Assembly: GCA_964016885.1 (NCBI GenBank) | Contig: OZ024746.1 | Span: 8,060,001 to 8,124,000, forward strand | DNA: 64,000 nucleotides | Source: Eledone cirrhosa | Taxonomy: Eukaryota | Direction: 5' to 3' | Shown here: in pieces, positions 53,501 to 64,000 of the stretch | Layout: every line of letters starts with the position of its first letter | How positions within the stretch are numbered: the first letter of the stretch is position 1 | The notes under the pieces: generated by a model | What the model saw: the letters and a program-made list of their open reading frames with translations, nothing else | Told to the model about the DNA's origin: nothing | Databases searched by the model: none | Program-made: the position numbers and the translations under genes

Positions 53501-54598
53501 TATCACCATTATTAGAACTAAGTGACCTAGCTATATGCTGCTGATGGGATATGAATCATTGATTGTCCAACACTCATTCAAGCTGGTCAGGTAGGAAGTT
53601 TTCGTCTCCATTTGAAAACTTCAAAATTTATTTCATAGCCATCATCATCACCATTTAACATCTAATTTTGATGCTTGCATGGATTAAACGGATTGTCACA
53701 TACTAAAGCTTGATTGTTCAGGTGACTACATCTTGCTTATATCCTGTTTTGGGCTTAGTCTCTACAACTGAACACCTTCCCTAATGCCACTACAGCAAAT
53801 ACTGAGAGCAATTTATCGTGATTCTGACGCTACCACCTTATATAAAAATTGTTTCATTTAATTAACGAAGCCCCCTTGGTTCAATCATAGGAACATATCT
53901 CAATTTCCCTCAAGTTCAACCAACATATGGAACAAAAAAGGGTCAGGTACCTAGATGTCACAATGAAATATCAGAAAATTCCTTACTCTTAATTAGAGTG
54001 AAGTTATTGTCTATTCTAGTTGATATCTACAAAGGACTGTAGCAATTCTTGACTGTAAGACACTCCACAATGATCACCCTGTTATATCTAATGATTTTGT
54101 GTGCGGGTGCCTCTTTAGATTATATTAAAATTTTGAAGTATGAATTACAATTGAAGTTAAAGTGAGACACTACTAGCTATAATCTCGAAAAATTCATATT
54201 TCCAGTCTAAAAATGTTTAAAGAGTTAACATATAAATGAAAAATAGCTAGACCACTTCGAGGCATATTGTCTAAAAGTATGTCATCAGAGTTAAGATTTT
54301 CATGATTCTAATGCTGTATCAATTTCCTTATTCCAGAGCAGATAACATAGAATTGCAGCAGTATAATTAGAAAAGTACTTGAAAAACGAATAGAAATCAA
54401 CGGAGATGAAGTTAGATAACAAAAGAGTCCATTCTTTTGAATTATACTCATACAAACTATTAACAAAACTGTCCCTGTTTAAACAAATAAAAAATATCAT
54501 AATCAGGAATCTTTAGAAAACATGTTAACCCTATCTAATAATGTTAAGTTATAACATTAAAAGTATATTATAGTGAAAGTTAACTACTTTTCCATTAC

Positions 54599-54800
54599 TT
54601 GAAGATTTTCGCTGGAGGGGTGTTCGTCAGATGGTATATCAAGAAAAATATGTTTACAATGTCAACGGAATTGTCGTTGGCGTTTATAAATAAATGAAAG
54701 GTTGTCAACAGAAACATTCATTTCAGCGTTTTAACTACGATTATTTCCATCCCAGTTTAATTCATGTTCTTCGAATCGCCATATTAGCACCAAAATTATT
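54599..54800 (-). promoter_or_regulatory. Candidate first exon and TSS region of the minus-strand gene
   Basis: Start of CpG-containing unique sequence. A YY1-like AATATGGCG lies at 54777-54785 (minus) and a candidate donor CAA|GTAATG at 54599/54598. Confidence 0.4.
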
Positions 54801-55696
54801 CGAAGGGGAGTTAATTCTTTTTTTGTTTCTTTTAGCGTTGCGTTAATTTTTTAAGCATTTATTTATTGTTGTTATTCGTTTTGAGGGGGTGGGTTGTTGT
54901 TGTCTTTTATTTGCGAAGACAAAAATATTTGTACGGAATACCACGCGAAGTGAACTCTTCAAAAGAATTTCTATTCCTCTTTTCTTCTCAAACGGAAAAA
55001 AAATATATATATATTTTCAAAACTGAATTATTAATTTATTTTGGATATATCCTTAAGTAAATTAGAAAATCTAGTACATTGTGATGTGATTTCGAAGAAA
55101 TCTTTAATGAGATATAAAATACAATCGGAAAAAATAATGAATATTTTCGAATCAAATTAGAATATATTACGAAATTATAAAGATTGGATTATAGCGCATT
55201 AAATTATTATTTTCAATGAACTCTCTAAAATTTTCAGAATATAAATTGTTATTTTCAATGAACCATTGTCAACCTAAATAATGTTCGTGAAATTTGACAC
55301 GGAAAATTCCAAAAATTGCTAAGTTATGATAAATAGCTAGAGATTTAGGGCAGAATCTCAGATGACATTTCCTACTCCCCCAACAACACTTACAGATAAA
55401 TAAACAGAAAAAAGGGAAATGGTAACAAGACAAGGTTAAAAGAAACAGAAGCGAGCTAGTTTCTCTCAAGGGAATGGCTAATATTAGAATGGCCAGTTTG
55501 GTGCCATTGCAGAAAACAAAAAATTCTTTAAGTACATTAAGATTACATGAGGAAAAATAGCATATTAGCCGTTACAGTATACGTCGAAAACAAATGTGAT
55601 ATCAAGCGAATAAGAAAAAAAATATTCCATTAAATAAAGAATATGTATTGTTATATATGTGTGAAAATCGAACTCATAATTTTTTAATTACATCCA

Positions 55697-55760
<64 letters not shown>

Positions 55761-56435
55761 AACGAATGTTATTGTTATGTAGCCCCGGGTCAACTCAGAT
55801 TGGACACTGGGTCAGTCTTAATTGACTAAACCTATAATGAAAAGCGCCCCAACCATGACCATTCTGTCTTTTGATCAGGCAACGTGTAGCGAATACTACC
55901 TTGTCCAGTGTAGTCTTATATATATATATATATATATATATTTAATAAAGAGTGATTTAAGGGAAATTTGGCAGCTATTCCTAGCAAGCCAAGCGTATAA
56001 GCGGTTAAGTGTATCTGAATATCAACATGCGTAAATGTTAATAGAATGTTTGTATATAGATTAAGTGATTTGAAATGATATACGTTAATGTAAACACAAG
56101 TGTTAATGTAAAGTAGTGTGTATCAGTGACAATAAATCTCGTCCGATTCACCGGATTCACGCAATGAATCGGTTAGAGTTCGCTCGTCGGCTCGTGTGCA
56201 TTTTACACACACAAACACACATAAATATATATATATTATATATATACATACATACATACATACATACATACATACACATACATAATATATCCGTATGTGG
56301 TTGATGGCTGAGAGAAATGAGCACTCAATACCGAAGTAGAGTTTTAATATTCATTTTCTCAAGGCTGAATAGTGAGTCTTGTTACTCTGGAGTTTCGCCT
56401 GAGGAAGAGAGACAGTTCTACAACAAATTAGCTAA

Positions 56436-56466
<31 letters not shown>

Positions 56467-56469
<3 letters not shown>

Positions 56470-56643
56470 GAAGGAGTTGTGGTAAGGAACCAGATGGACC
56501 ATAACGCACCAGAGTACTCAATACTCTAGAGTGGGTAATAGGAAAAAGTATGATCCCGACGGCACAGCTCAAGCCGTTTCGACGGCTATTTCTGGACGCA
56601 GTCGAAACGGCTTGAGCTCTGCCGTCGGGGTCATACTTTGCCC
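56467..56643 (-). mobile_element. PLE-like inverted pLTR hairpin element between (TA)n tracts
   Basis: Hairpin 56545-56639 contains GAAA-CGGC-ttgagctct-GCCG-TC (hammerhead stem III plus GUC). An inverted sister copy lies at 57200-57394. Confidence 0.7.
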
Positions 56644-56674
<31 letters not shown>

Positions 56675-57065
56675 CACACGAGCCGACGAGAGAGAGAGAG
56701 AGATATGGAGCATGCTACATGAAACGAGATCTATTGTCATCGATACCCAAAATAGTTGCACATGATTAAGCGTGCGTATGTGCGTGTGCGGGAATAAAAA
56801 TAAAATGAGAGATAAAATGTGACGTGGCATGTCAACAATTTACGAATACGTGGAATTTGAAAAAGTTTAGTCGGAAAATGGGAGAGACTGTTTCATTTTG
56901 TAGAGTTTAAGAGGAGTGTCGGTCTACAAAGAATTGGGACCATTTAGGAAGATTCTGGATGAAAGATCCAGCGTGGTACAAGTAGGGAGTGAAGAACGTG
57001 TAGACGATGTACCAGCATCTCTCTCTTACCCTGTATATATATTTATAGAATAATATTTATATATA

Positions 57066-57165
57066 CAGGGTGTCCCAAAATATGTATACACATTTCAACA
57101 GCATTCTAATAATTATTCTGTACAAATAATCAAAGTGTGTATACATTTTTTGGGGGGACAGCCTG
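57066..57165. mobile_element. Tc1/mariner-type MITE
   Basis: TA-flanked; imperfect TIRs of about 28 bp, CAGGGTGTCCCAAAATATGTATACAC / GTGTATACATTTTTTGGGGGGACAGCCTG. Confidence 0.75.
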
Positions 57166-57170
57166 TATGA

Positions 57171-57199
<29 letters not shown>

Positions 57200-57206
<7 letters not shown>

Positions 57207-57393
57207 AAAAGTATGACCCCGACGGCAGAGCTCAAGCCATTTCGACGGCTATTTCAGTCCAGAAATAGCCGTCGAAACGGCTTGAGCTCTGCCGTCGGGG
57301 TCATACTTTTTCTTATTTCCCACTCTACTACCCTAAGTATTGAGTACTCTGGTGTGTTATGGTCCATCTGGTTCCTTACCACAATTCCTTTGT

Positions 57394-57394
<1 letters not shown>
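57200..57394 (+). mobile_element. PLE-like inverted pLTR hairpin element between (TA)n tracts
   Basis: Near-perfect hairpin 57203-57314 (arms of about 53 bp) plus a tail homologous to the reverse complement of 56467-56545. Confidence 0.7.
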
Positions 57395-57425
<31 letters not shown>

Positions 57426-57555
57426 CGAAAAATCAGTGATGCATCTGGACTTTTTCGGGGTTTTTTATACTACCCACACTCTGCTCTGTATGAATATTGA
57501 GTGCTAATTTTGGCATACCGCCTATGGAAGCACCATAGCTACCATTATACACACG

Positions 57556-57588
<33 letters not shown>

Positions 57589-58038
57589 GAGAGAGAGAGA
57601 GAGAGTGAGAGAGTGTGTGTGTGTGCGTGCGTGTGTGTGTGTGTGTACCCCAACCCGCCCATATATATGTTTCATAAACAGTCATGTGAAATTGAATAAT
57701 AACGAAAGAAGAAAGTCTTAGTGTATTGAGTAGTATATTTTGTTAGTAAAATTAAACGTGTGTATGTAGGTAGGAATTTAAATATCTGTAGGAACATGCG
57801 TAACGTTGTTGTTTTTGTTGGTGCATGTGATAAATAGTATGTAGTGTATTCACAAAGCGGAGATAGAGCCGGGTTTCTATCGTCCGGTTCAACCATATAT
57901 ATATATATGAAGGTAAAGAGTAGGTTTTACTCATTTACTTGATGTATTTTAGCTCAATTATATGATAGGATCAAACAGAGCCGATATATAATTATAATGT
58001 AGTTACAAACCAAAATTAAAAGTTTAAGACATTTAATT

Positions 58039-58139
58039 ACTGACAATTGTTTCTTCTCATAAGAATATGCCTCCAACAGCAGGTTATTTTATTCAACAAT
58101 TTGCTATTAGTTAGCCCAAACCATTGGAATCATCAGAGT
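58039..58139 (-). ncRNA. Type I hammerhead motif with a long stem II insertion
   Basis: Minus strand: ACT-CTGATGA-TTC...(about 70 nt)...GAA-GAAA-CAATTG-TC-AGT, with palindromic stem III ACAATTGT and a GUC triplet. Confidence 0.7.
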
Positions 58140-58571
58140 TTATTAAAATCAAAAACGATTAATACAACATCAAGACAAATCACTCAAAAACAAAATATAA
58201 TAGATATAACTTATCGAATTACGTAGCAGGTCAACAAAACATTTCAAATAACATTTTAAAGTATTGTAACACGTGTGTGTAGATCCCGAGTTATATCGAG
58301 GGTAACCACAGTAAATAAGGTACTCAACACATACCCTGATTTGTGGTCTCCCCGGTTTCGGTACCGCAGACACACACGTATAATACATATATATATATAA
58401 TACATATATCTATATCCAAAATTAAGATAATGTGATTATTCATGTTTGTTTATATGCTAATCAATTTCTAGTTATTATATAATACATACATAACCCGTGC
58501 TAGCGGGGAAAATGAGCGTTAAATGATATATATATATATTCCTGGACCTTTCCGACGGAATTACTTCATTT

Positions 58572-58622
<51 letters not shown>

Positions 58623-58924
58623 ACGCACATTTATATATATATATATCAATGAATGAAATGAACATTATATTTTCTACCCTAAAAGATGTTGGATATAATA
58701 AAACTTAGAAAAGCTATTTCATTATTCCATTTAATTTCAGCCTCTCTATTTCTCGATTTACCCCGAGAATTTATTAAAGAGATAGATATGGTAAATTCAA
58801 CCCATTTCAAAAAGTATTTAATGAATATTTTAAAAAGTTTTTTTTTCTTTCAATTCCCTAGGTTTTAACAATATCTGTTTCAATACACATTTTCAGAGAA
58901 GAAATCTTGCAAAACAAATTCAAA

Positions 58925-59115
58925 ACCGAAGTATATATGAATATATATTCATTTTATTAAGGCTATAGTGAGTCGTGTTTATCACCGGGTCATCAGACAA
59001 GATGACCCTGCGATAAACAAGTGAAACTCCAGTCACTATTTAGCCTTAATAAAATGAATATTAAAAGTATACTTCGGTATTGAGTATTCTTTTTTCTTAG
59101 CCGTCAACCACATAC
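58925..59115. mobile_element. PLE-like inverted pLTR hairpin (same family as 440-601)
   Basis: Inverted arms ACCGAAGTATA...TTTTATTAAGGCT / AGCCTTAATAAAA...TATACTTCGGT. Contains CTTGTCTGATGACCC on minus and GTGAAACTCCAG on plus. Confidence 0.7.
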
Positions 59116-59134
59116 ACACACACACACGCACACG

Positions 59135-59291
59135 CAATGGCGTAGCTGGAGTGAGTGTGCCGCGGGGGCGGCTCTTGAGTTTTCCACCTCTACCTCCCCT
59201 CCCCAGCGGCCCCTACGTACTCATATATTCAACAGACACAAGTGAACCGAAGTGAACCGCCCCCATCGATCTCTATCCAGCTACACTCCTG
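59135..59291. mobile_element. hAT-like MITE
   Basis: Imperfect TIRs CAATGGCGTAGCTGGA / TCCAGCTACACTCCTG with a GC-rich interior. Confidence 0.55.
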
Positions 59292-60279
59292 TACATATGT
59301 ATATATATATACACACACATATAAACACACGTTATAAGCTTGATCGCAATCAGACTACTGTTTAAGAGCTTCTTTATTGGGAAATTTGAAGAACCGGCAA
59401 CACGGAAAAATAAGTTCTAGTTGATTTTTAATGGGTTGAAACATAATCTACAGATGATTGATTAGATATATATATATATATTAAAAGGCACAGAGAATAG
59501 GATCAATTGGGACTGGCACTTTCAAATAAAGATTGTGTGTATCAATAATTATAATTCCAACCCCACCTACCTAATTATAATGGGTATTTGTTCGGAAAAG
59601 AATACGCATATACAAGGACTTAGATGGAAAAGATATATGGACAAAATTTGACAGATGGAAATGGATTAATTAGATGAGCAAAATATAGTAGGGATGAACG
59701 GATAAAACATGCCGGTAGGGTATGATGGACGGGACTAGATGGAAGGGTAATTGGACAGGGAGAAAGTGGAGATAGGTGGTCATTCAAACAGATAGGCAGA
59801 ATAGCAGAGATAAATAGACAGAATTAGATGATCAATCACAGACGATTTTTTCTTTCTTTTTTTTTTTTTTTGTCAGGCGAGGAAGAATGATAGAGTCCAA
59901 ATTCCAGGTCCTACCATCATTGAGAATTGGTTTCAACGGGTACTGGTGAATGACTAACAAACGGGACACGATAAACACGCATTCTTGATAGAGAACAATA
60001 CTTGATGGGGTTAGATGACGTGACTAGACGAAAAAATGAGTAGACGAACGAACAGTCAGATGGTCAGGGGTTGAGCGGTCACACGTACAATGCTAGCTGG
60101 ACTGATAGACGAAACGAATAGATAGATAGTAGGAAATAAACAGCCAGACACACACACATATACATACATATACAGATATATAGGTAGGTAGATAGATATA
60201 TTTCTTTATTATATAGGTAGGTAGGTAGGTAGATAGATAGATAGACAGACAGATAGAGACAAAATTGAAACACAAATAG

Positions 60280-60380
60280 AGTTTCTACTTTTGGCACAAG
60301 GCCAGCGATTACCCCAGTGCACCACTGGTACTTTATTTTATCGACCTCGTAAGGATGAAAGGCAAAGTTAACCTCGGCCA
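60280..60380 (-). mobile_element. 5'-truncated Deu/Nin-like SINE
   Basis: Core and tail present. Confidence 0.8.
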
Positions 60381-61060
60381 CAAATAGAGAGACGGAGTTA
60401 GAAAGTTAAAATTTAGCGAAAAGGTTAAAGTGAGAAGCAGGCACATGGGACCAGTTAGACGAAAAGCCGGATGGACGATGACTACACGAACAGATGGGGG
60501 CTAAAAGGGGATAACATATTGAGAGCAAATGTGCAGACAACATACATATAGTGACAGACACTCTTGGGATTGGGTTACGGGTTACAGGGGGGAGACCTGA
60601 AAATCAAAAGACCTGACAGAGTGACAAGAAAGAAGACAAAATAAGATATAGATTATATGAATTTAAAATATACAAGAAAAGTTAAACATGGAGAGAAAAT
60701 AAACAACAAATTTTAAGATAAACAAAGAACGATGGTAGTTGTGATTACAGCGATGTAGTGTGAGTTTAAAGAGAAAAGGGTTCGAAATATTTTTGTTGTG
60801 GCGTGAGTATGAAACGAAGAAGAAACACTTAATAGAAAGAAGGAAAAAAAGAAAACAAAAGAATGTCTTACCATTTAAATTGGCATGAAGGACCAAAATG
60901 ACGCTGAATATATGTATATATGTAGATTTGTGTATATATATTTTTATATATACACACACGTACGTAACGTATGTTCCTGTGAAACGTCAAAGTAGCAGTG
61001 CGGCTGCTACAACATAACACTTGAAGGCAGCGCCACCTGCAGTCTCCAGTTGATTTCCAT

Positions 61061-61387
61061 CTACTACTACTACTACTACCACCACCACTGCTACTATTAC
61101 AGTACTAATAGTAGTAGTAGTAGTGGTACCAGCACCACTACTACTACTAGTAGTAGTAATGGTAGTAGTACCAGCATCACTACTACTACTACTACTACCA
61201 CAACTACTATTACTACTAGTAGTGATGGTAGTAGTACCAGCACCACTACTACTACTACTAGTAATAGTCCACTACTACTACTAGTAGTAGTAGTAGTAGT
61301 AGTGGACTAGTAGTGCTGGTAGTAGTACCATCACTACTACTACTACAGTAGTAGTAGTAGTAGTGATGGTAGTAGTACCAGCACTAC

Positions 61388-61436
<49 letters not shown>

Positions 61437-61979
61437 GGTGCCATTACTTACTAGTAGTAGTGGTGGTGATAGTAGTAATACTACTACTAGTTCTAGTAGT
61501 AGTGGTGTTGGTACTACTACTACTTCTACTAATAGTACCAGCACTACTACTAGTAGTAGTAGTAGCGGTGCTAGTAGTAGTGATGGTAGTAGTACGAGCA
61601 CCACTAGTAGTAGTAGTAGTAGTGCTGGTACTACTACCATCACTACTACTAGCACCACTACAACTACTAGTAGTAGTAGTGCTGGTACTACTAGTAGAAG
61701 TAGTAGTACCAGCACCACTACTACTAGAACTAGTAGTAGTATTACTACTATCACCACCACTATTACTAGTAAGTAATGGCACCACTACTACTACCACCAC
61801 CACTAGTAGTAGTACCAGCACCACTACTACCACCACCACTACCACAACTACTACTACTACCAGTATTACAACTACTATTACCAGTGTTACTACTACTACT
61901 ACTACTACCACCACTACTACTACAAGTGGTGGTAGTAGTGGTAGTAGTAGTAGTGGTGGTGCTGGTACTACTAGTACAG

Positions 61980-62014
<35 letters not shown>

Positions 62015-62070
62015 GGTGCTGGTACTACTAGTACTGGTGGTGGTAGTAGTAGTAATAATGATAGTAGTAA
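61061..62070. repeat. Complex (TAG/CTA, GGT/ACC)n repeat with repeated strand switches, including a 390-bp palindrome centred near 61610
   Basis: About 61415-61605 is the reverse complement of about 61612-61803. A smaller hairpin lies at about 61305-61390. Confidence 0.92.
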
Positions 62071-63871
62071 GTGCTTTATATTTTCTACTTTCTCTGTCTC
62101 CATCTCTCTCTTCTGTTCTTTCACTATATTTCTCTTTAATATTTTACTATATTCCATTGCCCTTCTCCTTCTCTCTCTCTTAGTTTTCTGTCACTCTTTC
62201 CTCCATTCCTTCTCTCTCTACTTCTCTTATTCTATTCTTCTATATAACTCGTTCTTTTTGTTTGTTATTTATTTATTAACAAATGTCCCCAAACTCAACA
62301 GAAACAACAACAATAAAAACATATTATAACGACAATCATTCAGTCTTCACATTACGTAGTGTCTCTCTGTCTTTCTCTTTCCTCGTGTTTTGTCCTGTTA
62401 CACTTTTACCATTTATCTCGCCATTCCTCCTCTTACTCTCTCTATTCCTTTACATTTATCTACTTTCCCGCTTATTTTACCCTCTCTCCTTTCTTGCTAC
62501 TTTATCTTTTTCCTCTTCTGTTTTATTCTCCTTATATTCCAGTCTTTCCTTGTTATAGTGTTAATGATCCCCTCTCATATTCCTTCTCTCTCTATCGTTT
62601 ACCACTTTCAAAGTCAAATCTTATCATCAACATCAACATCATCATCATTTTTAATTAAATGTTTATTGAGAAAAAAAAATTCATTTTAATTACGTTGTTG
62701 TTGTTGTTTTTTATAGAATATTTTCTTTGGAATGTGTCACGATTACATTTAACTTAAATTAATGAAATAAAACATTCTTACATTGATATAAATCCACAAA
62801 TTTATAGAGAAAAGATAAAACAATTGAATTAACCCACAGCACATGACTGGTACGAAGAAGTTTAGTCGACCCCGGCAGAATTTGTTTCTTTTTTCTTTTT
62901 TGTCTGCATGGCTTAAAGCAGAAAGCAGTGACCATGATCTTTACCAGTTCCTCCGAGACTGGGGGAACCTGGGCCGAATGTTTGTAACAGGGGTACCTCC
63001 GTTAAAACTACCTAAGGAACAGGTGGTGGTGTTAAACCGGACGACTGGTTCAATACTCTCGGGTCCCAAATAATAGGGTGTAGAATAAGTAGGGTGGGGT
63101 AGGGGGAATAAGTGTGAGATTTGGAATGGGTGGGGGTGGAATAGGGGGGGGGGGTGAAGTATGCGGGGGAGTTGGAAAATTGGTAATTTTTTTAGGTTGT
63201 CTCCGTTGATTTTTTTAAAAACCCAGAATTAATAATTTAGTTTACATATTGAAACTCCAACCTATCTTATTTATTTTATAACATAAGGGATTTCTAGTTT
63301 GTTTTGTTTTGTTTTTTTGTCGTGTATAAGGTTTTTTAGTGTCTAAAGAAAATTGTCGCAGGAATGCTACTACTTAAAATAAAATTTCACCGGAGATAGA
63401 TTATCAAAATTAATAAATGGGAGGGGAATAAGAGGGGGAGGGGTAGTGGAATCCGAAAAATTAATAAGCAGGGTCGGGTCATTATTCCAGAGTATATCAC
63501 TCTGGAACAAGATCGGTTCCACAAATATATTTACACAATTTCCGCCAAGATCCAAAGCTATAGTAGAAAACCTCAACGGAATTTCAACTTAGAACGTAGA
63601 AGGACTCTTGGTAGTTCATTTTCTTAAAATAACAAACAATGTAAAGAGACGAAAATACACTTATGAACAGACCAGTTGTTTAGCCCTAGGTCAGCCCTGA
63701 CTGAGCAGACCTATGATCAAACATTCCGTTATTTCATGTAAAAGAATTACATTGTATCTAACAGAACTACATTGCACAATGAGTTCTTCCTTTTTTAAGA
63801 CAGTACATGGGTTAATGGTTCCTAACATTTTCACTACCATTCATTTAAATGAATTTTCCCACGAACACAGG

Positions 63872-64000
63872 CAGTGCCGGGTTTACCATTGTGCTTAGGT
63901 GTGCTTAAGTATAAGGCCCCGTTGGCCAGGGTGACCCATCATCCTACCAATAAAATATTTTACCTCTTTTGGGGCTCAAGTAAGGGGCCTCATTTCTCCT
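63872..64000. mobile_element. Probable left end of a hAT-like non-autonomous element, truncated by the window edge
   Basis: Begins CAGTGCCGG with GGCCCC/GGGGCC subterminal motifs; the other end is not visible. Confidence 0.3.

Noticed and set aside
54255-54292. Minus-strand hammerhead at CTGATGA (54282-54288)
   Set aside because: The downstream box reads GAAG rather than GAAA, and stems I and III do not pair convincingly.
56182-56690. 19-bp inverted repeat CTCGTCGGCTCGTGTGCAT / ATGCACACGAGCCGACGAG as TIRs of one element
   Set aside because: The enclosed DNA is microsatellite plus unrelated fragments, and I could not define an element or TSD.
61050-62329. Ser/Thr-rich mucin-like or Leu/Val-rich membrane ORFs
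   Set aside because: Overlapping ORFs on both strands arise from the palindromic trinucleotide repeat.

Overview
AT-rich, repeat-dense animal (eukaryotic) DNA. The SINE, LINE and microsatellite landscape resembles a coleoid cephalopod such as Octopus; this is an impression from the repeat families and was not verified. Almost all ORF-track entries are spurious. About 54 kb appears to be introns of one minus-strand gene of unknown identity. Its candidate structure is a CpG-rich 5' exon near 54.6-54.8 kb, an exon at 49819-49944 carrying a probable uORF, and two phase-compatible coding exons at 7304-7458 and 823-884 (MPRTYSLSEG...NHNGH/GGADEDQDG...QRAK). The introns hold tRNA-derived SINEs, RTE, CR1-like and Tx1 LINE remnants, TTAA-flanked piggyBac-type MITEs and many minisatellites. 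One minisatellite is a 6.3-kb array of a 48-bp SINE-internal unit that yields an incidental 2118-aa ORF. The most notable signal is a set of sequence-diverse minimal type I hammerhead ribozyme motifs and hammerhead-half hairpins. Most lie beside (TA)n or (CA)n tracts, and one lies downstream of a Penelope-type GIY-YIG remnant. The window also has local inverted duplications (about 680 bp and 135 bp) and a 390-bp palindrome built from (TAG)n.
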